Positions 35,811-45,308 of a stretch of 48,117 nt of DNA are shown piece after piece (positions within the stretch are counted from its first letter, which is position 1; each line of letters begins with the position of its first letter). The notes below the pieces were generated by a model. That model saw only the letters and a list, made by a program, of their open reading frames with translations, had not been told where the DNA came from and did no database searches. The stretch is taken from contig JBBRFH010000001.1 in assembly GCA_038224615.1 (NCBI GenBank), positions 1-48,117 on the forward strand. Reading direction: 5' to 3'. A program made the translations under genes and the position numbers. This stretch comes from Tepidisphaerales bacterium (GTDB taxonomy: Bacteria; Planctomycetota; Phycisphaerae; Tepidisphaerales; Tepidisphaeraceae).

Positions 35811-35862
35811 GCCCCAACTTTATCCCATCCCTGCCCTGGCGTACTGGGCGCGCGTGCCCGGA

Positions 35863-36006
35863 TCAGCGATTCACAAGTAGCATGATCGCGAAAATTGAAC
35901 TTACGACTGTCATCAACCCGCCTGCGATCAGCCCGAAGATTGCCCGGCCCATGCCGTGTTTGGTGGGGTCGCGACGAATCTCGCCAATGGCGAGGATCCC
36001 GGTCAC
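35863..36006 (-). CDS. DUF4190-like small membrane protein or fragment (47 aa)
   Basis: My own translation gives (V)TGILAIGEIRRDPTKHGMGRAIFGLIAGGLMTVVSSIFAIMLLVNR*. This resembles the second half of DUF4190 proteins. The frame is closed by a TGA just upstream, so it may be truncated. The start is GTG only. Confidence 0.25.
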   Translation of the reverse strand: MTGILAIGEIRRDPTKHGMGRAIFGLIAGGLMTVVSSIFAIMLLVNR

Positions 36007-36079
36007 GATCGCGCCGATCGCGAAGGGCCGGCATCAGCGTGCTATCGCGATGACCGGCGATCCGTAGAATCGCCCGCTG

Positions 36080-37012
36080 ATGGCCAAGCCGCGCAATGAC
36101 TGGATCGACTGGCTGCAGTACCTCGCGCTGCGCGTCATCCACATGGTCATGCACTGCTGGCCGGTGCAGGTGAACCTGAAGGGGGCGCAGCTCATCGGCG
36201 ATGCCCTGTACTTCGTCGATGCCAGGCACCGCAAGCGCGCCTGCGGCAACATCCGCCGATCGTTTCCGCATTTCTCCGAGCAGCGCGTCGAAAAGCTCGC
36301 CCGCGAGAGCATGCGGCAGATGATCATGCTCTTCGTCGAGGTGCTGTTCACCGTCCGACTGGTGCGCATTGATACGTTCATGACGCACATGCGGGTCGGC
36401 GGGGATTTTCGCAGGACGCTCGAACTGCTGATGCAGCGCCATCGCGGCCTGATCATGTTGACCGGGCACTACGGCAACTGGGAAATCCTCGGCTACGTCC
36501 TGGGCACGCTCGGTTTCTCCACCGTCGCCGTCGCCCGGCCGCTGGATAATCGGTACGTCAACGAATGGCTGCTCGGCGTGCGCGAGCGGCTGGGCATGCG
36601 CATCGTCGATAAAAAGGGCGCCACCGAAGACATCACCCGTACCCTCGATGCCCACGGCACGGTCTGCTTCATCGCCGACCAGAACGCCGGCCCGAAGGGA
36701 CTTTTCGTCGATTTTTTCGGCCGAAAGGCGAGCACGTACAAGTCGATCGGCCTGCTGGCGATGCAATACCAGGTGCCCGTCGTCATCGGCTACGCCCGCC
36801 GCGTCGGCACGAACTTCGATTTTGAGATCGGCACCCAGGACATCATCTACCCCGAAGACTGGGCCGGCGAAGACAAGCCACTGAACTACATCACGCAGCG
36901 ATACTCAAAGGCGATCGAAGACAGTGTCCGCGCCGACCCCGGCCAGTACCTGTGGGTCCACCGCCGATGGAAGACCAGACCGAAAGGCGAGGCGCCGGAA
37001 CAATATGACTGA
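36080..37012 (+). CDS. LpxL/HtrB-family lysophospholipid (lipid A) acyltransferase
   Basis: The HYGNWE (HX4E) catalytic motif, IADQN, and the family's typical length and C-terminal QYLWVHRRWK. Confidence 0.85.
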   Translation: MAKPRNDWIDWLQYLALRVIHMVMHCWPVQVNLKGAQLIGDALYFVDARHRKRACGNIRRSFPHFSEQRVEKLARESMRQMIMLFVEVLFTVRLVRIDTFMTHMRVGGDFRRTLELLMQRHRGLIMLTGHYGNWEILGYVLGTLGFSTVAVARPLDNRYVNEWLLGVRERLGMRIVDKKGATEDITRTLDAHGTVCFIADQNAGPKGLFVDFFGRKASTYKSIGLLAMQYQVPVVIGYARRVGTNFDFEIGTQDIIYPEDWAGEDKPLNYITQRYSKAIEDSVRADPGQYLWVHRRWKTRPKGEAPEQYD

Positions 37013-37103
37013 CGCGTTTGTGTCGTGAAACCTGCTCGCCAGCTCAAGGTGTCGAACGACGAATAAGTCCCACCCCCTGCATTGCGTGTTCCGAAAAAAA
37101 ATA

Positions 37104-37208
37104 CGAGCCGCGAAGCTGCGAAGAGCGCGAAGACAGACGCGAAGAATGCTCATTTCTTTATGTTCCCCTTCGCGTTGATCTTTGCGCTCTTCGCAGCTTT
37201 GCGGCTCG
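37104..37208. repeat. hairpin repeat built from CGCGAAG units
   Basis: CGAGCCGCGAAGCTGCGAAGAGCGCGAAGACAGACGCGAAG .. CTTCGCGTTGATCTTTGCGCTCTTCGCAGCTTTGCGGCTCG. Confidence 0.85.
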
Positions 37209-37339
37209 CATTGGATTTTATCCGCGGGTTTCATGGCGTAAACGTTTGCCGCGTCCGCGTCGTGCCCAGGCGGCGCTGTGCATCATGGCCGCGACGCGAT
37301 TGACGGTGCCGGCGACAAACGTTCCGACTTCGCCTCGCT

Positions 37340-38443
37340 TCAGCCTCGCGCCAGCGCGTCGGACTGCTGGACGAACTCGCTGCCCTTCCACTCGCCGTCT
37401 TTGGTGACGGCCTTCGCTGCCTTGGCTTCGGCTTGGCGCTTCACGAGGTCGGCGTGGGTGGTGAAGTACTGCAGACTGTGGCCTTTGAAGTCGGCGATGG
37501 TCTCGAAGTTCTTGCTCGCCATGAACGTGAGCAGCTCTTCCTTCATCTTCTTGACCATGTCGTACCCGTACTTCATTACGCCAGTACACACCTGCACCGT
37601 ATCTGCGCCGAGCAGGATAAACTGGGCCGCGTCCTTGCCGGTTTCGATCCCGCCAATGCCGCTAAGGCTGCGGCCGGGGAACTTATCGCGGATGACTTCG
37701 GCGATTTCCTTCACCATCCGCAGCGCGATCGGCTTGATCGCGATCGACGAGTACCCGCCGAGCACGGTGTAGCCTTCGACGGTCGGCTCAGGGCGAAGCG
37801 TCTCGAGGTCAACACCCATCACCGACAGGATTGTATTGATCGCCGCGACGCCCTGGCACCCCGCGCCCAGCGCCGCTTCAGCACCGCCGGCGATGCTGGT
37901 GACGTTGGGCGTGAGCTTGGCCCATACGGGGATCTTGGCGGCGCCCATCACCCAGCCGCAGACCTCGTGCATGATTTTGTTGTCCTGCCCCATCGCCGCG
38001 CCCATTTTTCGCTCCGGCAAACCGTGCGGGCAGGAAAAATTCAGCTCAAATCCCGCCACGCCCGTCGCCTGCACGCGCTCGACGATCTCGATCCACGCGT
38101 CCTTGTTGTACTCCTCCATGATCGACGCGATCACCACGCCGTCGGGGTACTTGTCCTTGAGCATCTTCAGCTCGTCGATCCACACGCTGAAAGGCCGGTC
38201 GGAGATCAGCTCGATGTTCTGCCAGCCGATGATCTCCTTGCTGGCCGTCCGCAATCGCGCGTAGCGCGGCGACACGTTGACGACCTTGGAGGCATCGAGG
38301 CTGATCGTCTTGATGACGACCGCTCCCCAACCTTCATCGAGCGCCTTGCCGATGACATTCGCATTCGTCCCCGGCGGGCCGGAGCCGATGATGAAGGGAT
38401 TAGGAAGCTGGATGCCGTCGACAGTGGTGGCAAGAGTGGGCAT
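37340..38443 (-). CDS. dihydropyrimidine dehydrogenase-like flavoprotein (PreA/PydA-type, no Fe-S domain)
   Basis: NPFIIGSGPPGT, ELNFSCPHGLPERKMGAAMGQD (DPD active-site loop with the catalytic Cys) and SGIGGIETG motifs. The C-terminal 40 aa contain no Cys. Confidence 0.8.
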   Translation of the reverse strand: MPTLATTVDGIQLPNPFIIGSGPPGTNANVIGKALDEGWGAVVIKTISLDASKVVNVSPRYARLRTASKEIIGWQNIELISDRPFSVWIDELKMLKDKYPDGVVIASIMEEYNKDAWIEIVERVQATGVAGFELNFSCPHGLPERKMGAAMGQDNKIMHEVCGWVMGAAKIPVWAKLTPNVTSIAGGAEAALGAGCQGVAAINTILSVMGVDLETLRPEPTVEGYTVLGGYSSIAIKPIALRMVKEIAEVIRDKFPGRSLSGIGGIETGKDAAQFILLGADTVQVCTGVMKYGYDMVKKMKEELLTFMASKNFETIADFKGHSLQYFTTHADLVKRQAEAKAAKAVTKDGEWKGSEFVQQSDALARG

Positions 38444-38928
38444 GCGTGACTACTACTTCTTCCGCGTTCTTTCGCCGCGAATTCTCCGGGTTGGTTCGAC
38501 CCCGTAGAATAGCGTGATTTTGCGGAGAATGCGAACAGATAGACGAAGTAGCCGTAGATGAACGCGGATGAACGCAGATCAGAATGGGTGCCAGAAGGCC
38601 GGCGCGGGTGCCACAGGTCGGGCGTACTCGACAGACCTGTGCCGAGCGTCAACCGACGCACAGGACTGCGGTGTACCGGCGACCTTGTGGCACCCGGCAG
38701 CAGCGCTTCGCTCTTGTTGAATCGATCGCGTACGGCCGAACGGCGTGCGTACACGTCTCACGGGCGAGACGCCCGTGCTACGTCAGGCAACGTCAACACC
38801 GACCCGCATTCCGAACACCGCCCCGACGACAATGCTGAGGCGAAATCCCGTTGGCAAGATGCCAACGGCACAGCAGACGGATAGTTGTTTTCCTCATGCT
38901 TTTCCGACTTCATTTCCAAACTATTCCG

Positions 38929-38967
38929 CTTCGTGGTCCTTCGTGCCTACTTCGTCGCTTCGTGGTG
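38929..38967. repeat. half hairpin of CACGAAGG family (CTTCGTG units only)
   Basis: CTTCGTGGTCCTTCGTGCCTACTTCGTCGCTTCGTGGTG. It is complementary to the left arm of the element at 40367. Confidence 0.7.
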
Positions 38968-38972
38968 AAAAA

Positions 38973-40355
38973 TCAAATGCCGATCGTCGGCCCGCGCTTG
39001 AGGAAATTACCGTCCATTTTGCTGCCGACGTACTGGTCGTTGTCGATCACCACCTTGCCGCGGCTGAGAACCGTGACGGGTTTGCCGGTGATCTGCATGC
39101 CTTCAAAGAGGCTGTAGTCGCAGTTCATGTGGTGCGTTTTGGCGCTGATGGTGCGCTTCACGTTCGGATCGAAGATCACGATGTCGGCATCGGAGCCGAC
39201 GGCGATCGTGCCTTTTTTCGGGAACATACCGAAGAGCTTGGCGCTGGCGGTGCAGCAGACGTCGACCCACTTATTGAGCGTCCAGCCGCGCTGCATCGCG
39301 CCGTCGTAGACGACACTGAGGCGGTCTTCGACACCCGGCCCGCCGTTGGGAATCTTGGTGAAATCGCCGCGGCCGAGTTCTTTTTGGCCTTTGAAGTTGA
39401 AGGGGCAGTGGTCGGTGCTGACTTCCTGGAGATAGCCGAGTTTGAGGGCCTTCCAGAGCGGCTCGATGTTTTCACGGCCGGCGAGCGGCGGGGTGAAGAC
39501 GTACTTGGCACCCTCAAAATCAGGCTTGTCGTAGCACGAGTCATCGAGGAAAAGATATTGCGTACACGTTTCGCCGTAGGCGCGGTTGCCGCGATCGCGG
39601 GCGCGCATAAGTTCGATCATCGACGCTTCGCAGGAAACGTGGACGATAAACACCGGGCTGTTGGCGAACTCGGCGACGCGCAGCGCGCGGGCGGTGCCGT
39701 CGGCCTGCATCACCGGCGGGCGCGATTGGGCGTGGTACTTCGGCTCGGTCTTACCGGCCGCCATCAGCTCGGCGACTTTTAGCGTGATGGCATCGCCATT
39801 CTCGGCGTGAACCAACGTCAAGCCGCCGGCTTCGCCTGCCGATCGCATGACTCGGAACATGGTCTGGTCGTCGACCATGAACACGCCCGGGTACGCGAGG
39901 AAGAGTTTGAACGTTGTAATGCCCTGATCGACAATTTTTTTGAACTCGCTCTCGTGTCGCGGCTCGTATTGGGTTACCGCGAGGTGGTACGAGTAATCGA
40001 TGGCGCAATTGCCTTGCGCCTTGGCGTGCCAGTCGTCGATGGTCTGCTGGAACGTCTTGCCCTTGTACTGGATGGCGAAGTCGATGATCGACGTCGTTCC
40101 ACCGAACGCCGCGGCGCGGGTGCCGGTCTCGAAGCTGTCGCTGGAGACGGTGCCGCCGAAGGGCAGTTCCATGTGGACGTGCGGGTCGATCGCGCCGGGG
40201 ATCACGTACTGGCCGGCCGCGTCGATGACCTTATCAACGCCGGCTTCGGGCAGCTTGCGGCCGATCGCGCTGATCGTCTCTCCGTCGATCAACACGTCCG
40301 CCAGATAATCGTCCACCGCCGTGATAATGCGGCCGTTTTTGATGAGTGTCGTCAT
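38973..40355 (-). CDS. dihydropyrimidinase / D-hydantoinase
   Basis: PGAIDPHVHMELPFGGT, the carboxylated-Lys region FKLFLAYPG, HAENGD and the STDHCPF motif. Confidence 0.92.
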   Translation of the reverse strand: MTTLIKNGRIITAVDDYLADVLIDGETISAIGRKLPEAGVDKVIDAAGQYVIPGAIDPHVHMELPFGGTVSSDSFETGTRAAAFGGTTSIIDFAIQYKGKTFQQTIDDWHAKAQGNCAIDYSYHLAVTQYEPRHESEFKKIVDQGITTFKLFLAYPGVFMVDDQTMFRVMRSAGEAGGLTLVHAENGDAITLKVAELMAAGKTEPKYHAQSRPPVMQADGTARALRVAEFANSPVFIVHVSCEASMIELMRARDRGNRAYGETCTQYLFLDDSCYDKPDFEGAKYVFTPPLAGRENIEPLWKALKLGYLQEVSTDHCPFNFKGQKELGRGDFTKIPNGGPGVEDRLSVVYDGAMQRGWTLNKWVDVCCTASAKLFGMFPKKGTIAVGSDADIVIFDPNVKRTISAKTHHMNCDYSLFEGMQITGKPVTVLSRGKVVIDNDQYVGSKMDGNFLKRGPTIGI

Positions 40356-40366
40356 AGGTTCGATTT

Positions 40367-40525
40367 ACCACGAAGACACGAAGGATGCACGAAGGAGCAC
40401 GAAGACGAGAAACCCCGAATCTGCACGAATCGACACGAAACTAGAAGAAGGCAGAAAACCGTTTTCTTTGCATTGGCTCCTCTTGTATTCGTGTTCCTTC
40501 GTGCCTCCTTCGTGTCTTCGTGGTG
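40367..40525. repeat. hairpin repeat built from CACGAAGG units (copy d3)
   Basis: ACCACGAAGACACGAAGGATGCACGAAGGAGCACGAAG .. CGTGTTCCTTCGTGCCTCCTTCGTGTCTTCGTGGTG with a ~75-nt loop. Confidence 0.85.
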
Positions 40526-40533
40526 AAAGCATT

Positions 40534-41817
40534 TTATTGAGCAGCCACGAGCCCGGCCTCAATCGCGTCGACCAGTTCGTCCACCTGGTCTTTGGCGGCG
40601 TTGAGCATCAGGCCGGTGCGGATGACGTTGCCCCAGACGCCGCCTTTGCCGATGAGGACGCCGCGTTCCTTGGTCTTCTCGAAGACCTTGAGGACGGTGG
40701 CGGGGTCGGGCTTTTTGGTTTTGCGGTCTTCGACGAATTCCAGCGCCTGCATCATGCCGATGCCGCGGGCGTCGCCGATGACGGGATACTTTTCCTTTAG
40801 TTCGGCGAAGCGCTGGCCGAGGTAGGTGCCGGGGGTTTTGCAGTTGTCGACGAGGTTGTTGTCGTCGATCACCTTCAGCGTTGCGGTGGCGGCCGCCATG
40901 CTGACGGGGTTGCCGCCGTAGGTGGCGAAGGTGATGCCGGGGAACTTGTCGGCCACCTCAGGCGTGGCGATCGTCATCGCGACGGGCGCGCCGTTGCCCA
41001 TGCCCTTGGCGCTGGTGATGATGTCAGGGACGACGTCGTAATGCTCGATGCCCCACCAGTGCCCACCGGTGCGGCCCCAGGCGGTCTGCACTTCGTCGGC
41101 AATGAATATCCCGCCGTAATTGCGGGCGATCTGCGCGGCACGTTCAAAGTAGCCTTTCGGCGGGACCATGAAGCCGCCCGAGCCGATCACCACCTCTGAC
41201 ATGAACGCCGCGATCGTGCCGTTGGTCGTCGTCTGGATCAGCTCCTCAATGTCGTTGGCGCACTCGAGGCTGCAGTTGCTGCTGTCCCTGGCGCCGAACG
41301 GACAGCGATAGCAGTAGGGGGCGTGTGCGTGCTTGATGCCGGAGACGGGTAGCGGAACCTTCTTCCATCCCGATTGTCCGCACCCCGCCAGCGTCTGCAA
41401 ACTGCGCCCGGAGTAACTATGCCGCAGCGTGATGATGTCCATGTTGCCTGTTGCGACGCGGGCGGCGTTCATGGCGGTTTCGTTGGCCTCGGTGCCGCTG
41501 CTGCTGAAGAAGGTTTTCTTCAGGTTGCCCGGCGTCATGTGGGCCAGCTTCTCGGCGAGGTTCGACTGCGGCGCGCTGGCGTACAGCGTCGAGGTATGGC
41601 TGATCGTCTTCACCTGCTCGATGATCGCATTGACGACGACCGGATTGGCGTGACCGACAGAGACCGTCAGCACGCCGCCGAACGCGTCGAGGTAGCGCTT
41701 GCCGGCGCTATCCCAGACGTAGTGGCCTTGGCCGCGCACGATCTCGATCGGCTCCTTGTAGTACATGGAGACGGCGGGGAACAGGTACTGTTTGTGCTTG
41801 CGAACGGCTTCACTCAT
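40534..41817 (-). CDS. class III (omega) aminotransferase, beta-alanine/beta-aminoisobutyrate type
   Basis: SSGTEANETAM, FIADEVQTAWGRTG and ITSAKGMGNG (PLP Lys) motifs. Its position in the pyrimidine catabolism cluster suggests the substrate. Confidence 0.85.
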   Translation of the reverse strand: MSEAVRKHKQYLFPAVSMYYKEPIEIVRGQGHYVWDSAGKRYLDAFGGVLTVSVGHANPVVVNAIIEQVKTISHTSTLYASAPQSNLAEKLAHMTPGNLKKTFFSSSGTEANETAMNAARVATGNMDIITLRHSYSGRSLQTLAGCGQSGWKKVPLPVSGIKHAHAPYCYRCPFGARDSSNCSLECANDIEELIQTTTNGTIAAFMSEVVIGSGGFMVPPKGYFERAAQIARNYGGIFIADEVQTAWGRTGGHWWGIEHYDVVPDIITSAKGMGNGAPVAMTIATPEVADKFPGITFATYGGNPVSMAAATATLKVIDDNNLVDNCKTPGTYLGQRFAELKEKYPVIGDARGIGMMQALEFVEDRKTKKPDPATVLKVFEKTKERGVLIGKGGVWGNVIRTGLMLNAAKDQVDELVDAIEAGLVAAQ

Positions 41818-42245
41818 GGCAACTCGTCAGTGCTCGCAGGGGAGCAGCGGTCAATCGGGATCATGCGTCGCAACAGCAGCGCGCGACGAAGCGCGCACAT
41901 TTTGTGTGGACCTGTCAGACGCTCGGTCGGGCCGATCAAAGTGTAAGGTTCGAACTGTCAATCGGGCACTTGTGTGGGCTCGATGGCGGAGTCGGTTGGT
42001 TCTACGACAGTCGCACCCCGCCCTTGTGTACGAGCCAAACCGGATTACTATACAAACACCATCCGCCTTGTAAAGCAGGAAGAGGAAGACCGATCCACGA
42101 GTAAACACGAATCGACGAATCAAATGCAGCGCCATCGCGCGCGAGTATTGTAGTGTGGGTATCCTGCCCACGCTCTGCCTTTCCTAAGATCGCTATGGGC
42201 AGGATGCCCTACAGTACGAATATCGTCTCGACCGCAGGAGTCCTC

Positions 42246-43769
42246 ATGTCCGTTGCCAATCCGCCGGTGCTTGTTCCAGTTTCTTCCGTCCAGATGCTCG
42301 TCGGCGGGAAGTGGATCACCAGTTCATCGTCGCGGTCGTCGGACGTGTTCAATCCGTCGAGCGGCGCGGTGATCGCGAAGGTGCCGCTGGCGTCGGCGAC
42401 CGAAGTGGATCAAGCCGTTCGCGCCGCCGCCGAAGCGGGGACGGCGTGGGCGGCGACGCCGGTCATCGAGCGCGTGCGGGTGATGTTCAGGTTCCGCGAA
42501 TTGTTGCTGCAGCGCTTCGAGGAGTTGTCCCGGCTCGTCACCCGCGAGCACGGCAAGACGCTGGTCGAGGCCCGCGCGTCGGTGCAGCGCGGCATCGAGG
42601 TTGTCGAGTTCGCCTGCGGGATCCCGAGCCTGCTCATGGGGCAGACGCTGCCGGACATCGCCCGCAACGTTGACTGCGAAACCGTGCGGCATCCGGTCGG
42701 CGTGTGCGTGGGAATCACCCCCTTCAACTTTCCCGCGATGGTGCCGATGTGGATGTTCCCTGTCGCGCTGGCGTGCGGGAATACCTTCATCCTCAAGCCC
42801 AGCGAAAAAGTTCCGCTCTCGGCCAACTTCATCGGCCAGACACTCATCGACGCGGGCGTGCCGGCGGGGGTGTTCAGCATCATTCACGGCGATAAGGAAG
42901 CCGTCGACGCGCTGCTGACTCACGGTCTGGTGAAGGCGATCAGCTTTGTCGGCTCGACGGCGATCGCCAAGTACGTCTACGAAACCGGCACGCGCCACGG
43001 CAAGCGCGTGCAGGCGGCGGGGGGCGCGAAGAATCACCTGATCATCATGCCCGATGCCGACATCGAGCAGGCGGTTGCGGCGCTGCAGGCGTCGGCGTTC
43101 GGCTGCGCGGGGGAGCGCTGCATGGCCGGCGCGGTTGCGGTGCCGGTGGGCGATGTGGCGGGGCGGCTGGTGGATCGCCTGTGCGAGAAGGCGGACGCGA
43201 TGACCGTCGGTCCGACCGACGCCGGCGAAGCAGTCGACATGGGGCCGCTGATCTCCAGGGTGCATCGCGATCGGGTGGCGGGGTACATGGACACCGCCCA
43301 GCGCGAAGGCGCAACCGTCGCGCTGGACGGCCGGGCGAAAGTGCCGGCGGGCGAAGGATTTTTCCTCCGCCCGTCCATCGTCGATCGCGTCGAACCGCAG
43401 ATGCAACTGGCGCGCGACGAGATCTTCGGCCCGGTGCTGTCGGTCATCCGTGCGACAACGCTCGAACAGGCCCTTAACGTCGGCAAGCAAAGCCTGTACG
43501 GCAACGGCGCGTCGATCTTCACCAGCAGCGGCTATGCCGCACGCCAGTTCAAGCATCACTTCAGCGCCGGCATGATCGGCATCAACGTCGGCGTGCCAGC
43601 GCCGATGGCGTGGTTCCCGTTCTCCGGCTGGAACGCCTCCTTCTTCGGCGACCTCCACGTCCAGGGCACCGAGGGCGTCAGCTTCTACACCCAGCAAAAA
43701 ACCATCACCACCCGCTGGTTCGCCACCGCCGCCGACTCAGCGCACGATCCGGTCTGGCGGAACAAGTGA
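42246..43769 (+). CDS. mmsA: CoA-acylating methylmalonate/malonate-semialdehyde dehydrogenase
   Basis: ATG 42246. ITPFNFPAMVPMWMFPVALACGNTFILKPSEK and FGCAGERCMA (catalytic Cys, nt 43104-43106) are MmsA-type ALDH signatures. Confidence 0.9.
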   Translation: MSVANPPVLVPVSSVQMLVGGKWITSSSSRSSDVFNPSSGAVIAKVPLASATEVDQAVRAAAEAGTAWAATPVIERVRVMFRFRELLLQRFEELSRLVTREHGKTLVEARASVQRGIEVVEFACGIPSLLMGQTLPDIARNVDCETVRHPVGVCVGITPFNFPAMVPMWMFPVALACGNTFILKPSEKVPLSANFIGQTLIDAGVPAGVFSIIHGDKEAVDALLTHGLVKAISFVGSTAIAKYVYETGTRHGKRVQAAGGAKNHLIIMPDADIEQAVAALQASAFGCAGERCMAGAVAVPVGDVAGRLVDRLCEKADAMTVGPTDAGEAVDMGPLISRVHRDRVAGYMDTAQREGATVALDGRAKVPAGEGFFLRPSIVDRVEPQMQLARDEIFGPVLSVIRATTLEQALNVGKQSLYGNGASIFTSSGYAARQFKHHFSAGMIGINVGVPAPMAWFPFSGWNASFFGDLHVQGTEGVSFYTQQKTITTRWFATAADSAHDPVWRNK

Positions 43770-43787
43770 GCGGGGTGGTGGCTGCGG

Positions 43788-43934
43788 GTCATTGGTTGCC
43801 GGTTACGGATTACTGGTTGCCGGTTGCCGGTTACTTGTTACTTGTTACTGGGCGACGCTCGACGCTCGACGCGCGAAAGTCGCTCGTGCTACCAGTTGCG
43901 ACAAGTAACAAGTAACAAATAACAAGTAACGAAT
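43788..43934. repeat. hairpin repeat built from GTTAC/GTAACAAG units (copy g2) plus A/C-rich tail
   Basis: GGTCATTGGTTGCCGGTTACGGATTACTGGTTGCCGGTTGCCGGTTACTTGTTACTTGTTACTGG .. CCAGTTGCGACAAGTAACAAGTAACAAATAACAAGTAACGAAT, followed by a low-complexity CCAAC/CTAAC tract up to 44010. Confidence 0.8.
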
Positions 43935-44017
43935 AAAAAATAGCAAATAACAACTAACCCCCAATCACCAACTCCCAACCCCTAACTGCCAACCTCTAAC
44001 CCCTCCCAAGGTCACCC

Positions 44018-45247
44018 ATGCTTGATCCGAAACGAACCGTTGCTGAATTGAAGGAACTTCGCGAACTCACCGGGGACGCTGACGGGGCGCAGCGCGTGGC
44101 GTTTACCCCGACGTGGGCCAAGGCGCGGCAGTGGCTGCGCGAGAAGCTGGCGGCGCTGCCTGTGGAAGTGAAGCAGGATCCGGCCGGCAATCTGTGGGCG
44201 ACGTTGAAGGGGGCGTCGGACAAGGAACTGCTCATCGGCGGGCACATCGATTCGGTGCCGGGCGGCGGGTGGCTTGACGGGTGCCTGGACGCGCTCGCCG
44301 GACTCGAAGTGCTGCGCCGAATCGCCGCCCTGGGGACGCCCGCCGTTACGGTGCGGCTGGTGGACTGGGCGGATGAGGAAGGCGCGCGGTTCGGGCGGAG
44401 TTTGTTCGGATCGAGCGCTGCTTCGGGCGCGCTGGTGCCGGATGAAGTGCGCGATCTGGTCGACAAGCAGGGCATCAAGCTCGCCGACGCCGTGCGCGAG
44501 CATGGCATCGAGATGCACCTGGCGCTCGAAGCGCAGAACGAAATGAAGAAGGCCGCCGCCTATCTCGAACTTCATATCGAGCAGGGACCGGTGCTCGAGA
44601 GCATGCGGTTGCCAATGGGCGTGGTACTCGGCACGTTCGGCGTCGAGCGGCATCAGGTCACGTTCACCGGCCAGGCGGCGCACTCGGGATCGACCCCGAT
44701 GTCACACCGCCGCGACGCGCTCGGCGGCGTGTCGAAGCTTCACCTGGCCGTCCGCGAAATCGCCGTCAAGCACGGCGGCGTCTGCACGGTCGGCAGCGTC
44801 GTCACCAAGCCCGGCATCGTCACTGCCGTCGTCGGCGAAGCGACGATGACACTTGATCAGCGTCACCTCGATGCCGACAAACTCGCCACCATGTACCGCG
44901 AATCGCGTGACGCCGGCGAGCGCATCGCAAACGAAGAAAAGATCGAAGTCGCCTGGAAGAAGATCTGGCAGATCCAGCCGTTCCCGTTTCATCCCGAACT
45001 GATCGAGATGGGCGATACGGCGATCAAGGAAATCTGCGGCGTCAGCCACCGCCTGCCCTCGGGCCCGCTCCACGACGCCGCCGAGGTCTGCCGCACCGGC
45101 ACGCCGACGATCATGCTCTTCGTGCAGAGCCTCTACGGCATCTCGCACAACAAGATCGAGGACACGAAGGAAGAACATCTCGAACTCTCAGTGCGCGCGC
45201 TCGATCGTCTGGCCGACAAGACGATCGCGTGGATCGCCAAGATGTAG
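44018..45247 (+). CDS. M20-family amidohydrolase (beta-ureidopropionase / N-carbamoyl-amino-acid hydrolase type)
   Basis: GNLWATLKG, LLIGGHIDSVPGGGWLDG, WADEEGARFG and TFTGQAAHSGSTPM are AmaB/allantoate-amidohydrolase family motifs. Confidence 0.88.
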   Translation: MLDPKRTVAELKELRELTGDADGAQRVAFTPTWAKARQWLREKLAALPVEVKQDPAGNLWATLKGASDKELLIGGHIDSVPGGGWLDGCLDALAGLEVLRRIAALGTPAVTVRLVDWADEEGARFGRSLFGSSAASGALVPDEVRDLVDKQGIKLADAVREHGIEMHLALEAQNEMKKAAAYLELHIEQGPVLESMRLPMGVVLGTFGVERHQVTFTGQAAHSGSTPMSHRRDALGGVSKLHLAVREIAVKHGGVCTVGSVVTKPGIVTAVVGEATMTLDQRHLDADKLATMYRESRDAGERIANEEKIEVAWKKIWQIQPFPFHPELIEMGDTAIKEICGVSHRLPSGPLHDAAEVCRTGTPTIMLFVQSLYGISHNKIEDTKEEHLELSVRALDRLADKTIAWIAKM

Positions 45248-45308
45248 CACACTGTGGCGCGGGCAGGAGGCCTCACGCCACACTCATCACGCCACACGCA
45301 TCACTCTC

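Noticed and set aside
41940-41960. tRNA-like T-arm motif GGTTCGAAC
   Set aside because: The flanking sequence cannot be folded into acceptor, D and anticodon arms. I recognised no tRNA, rRNA or tmRNA genes anywhere in the window.
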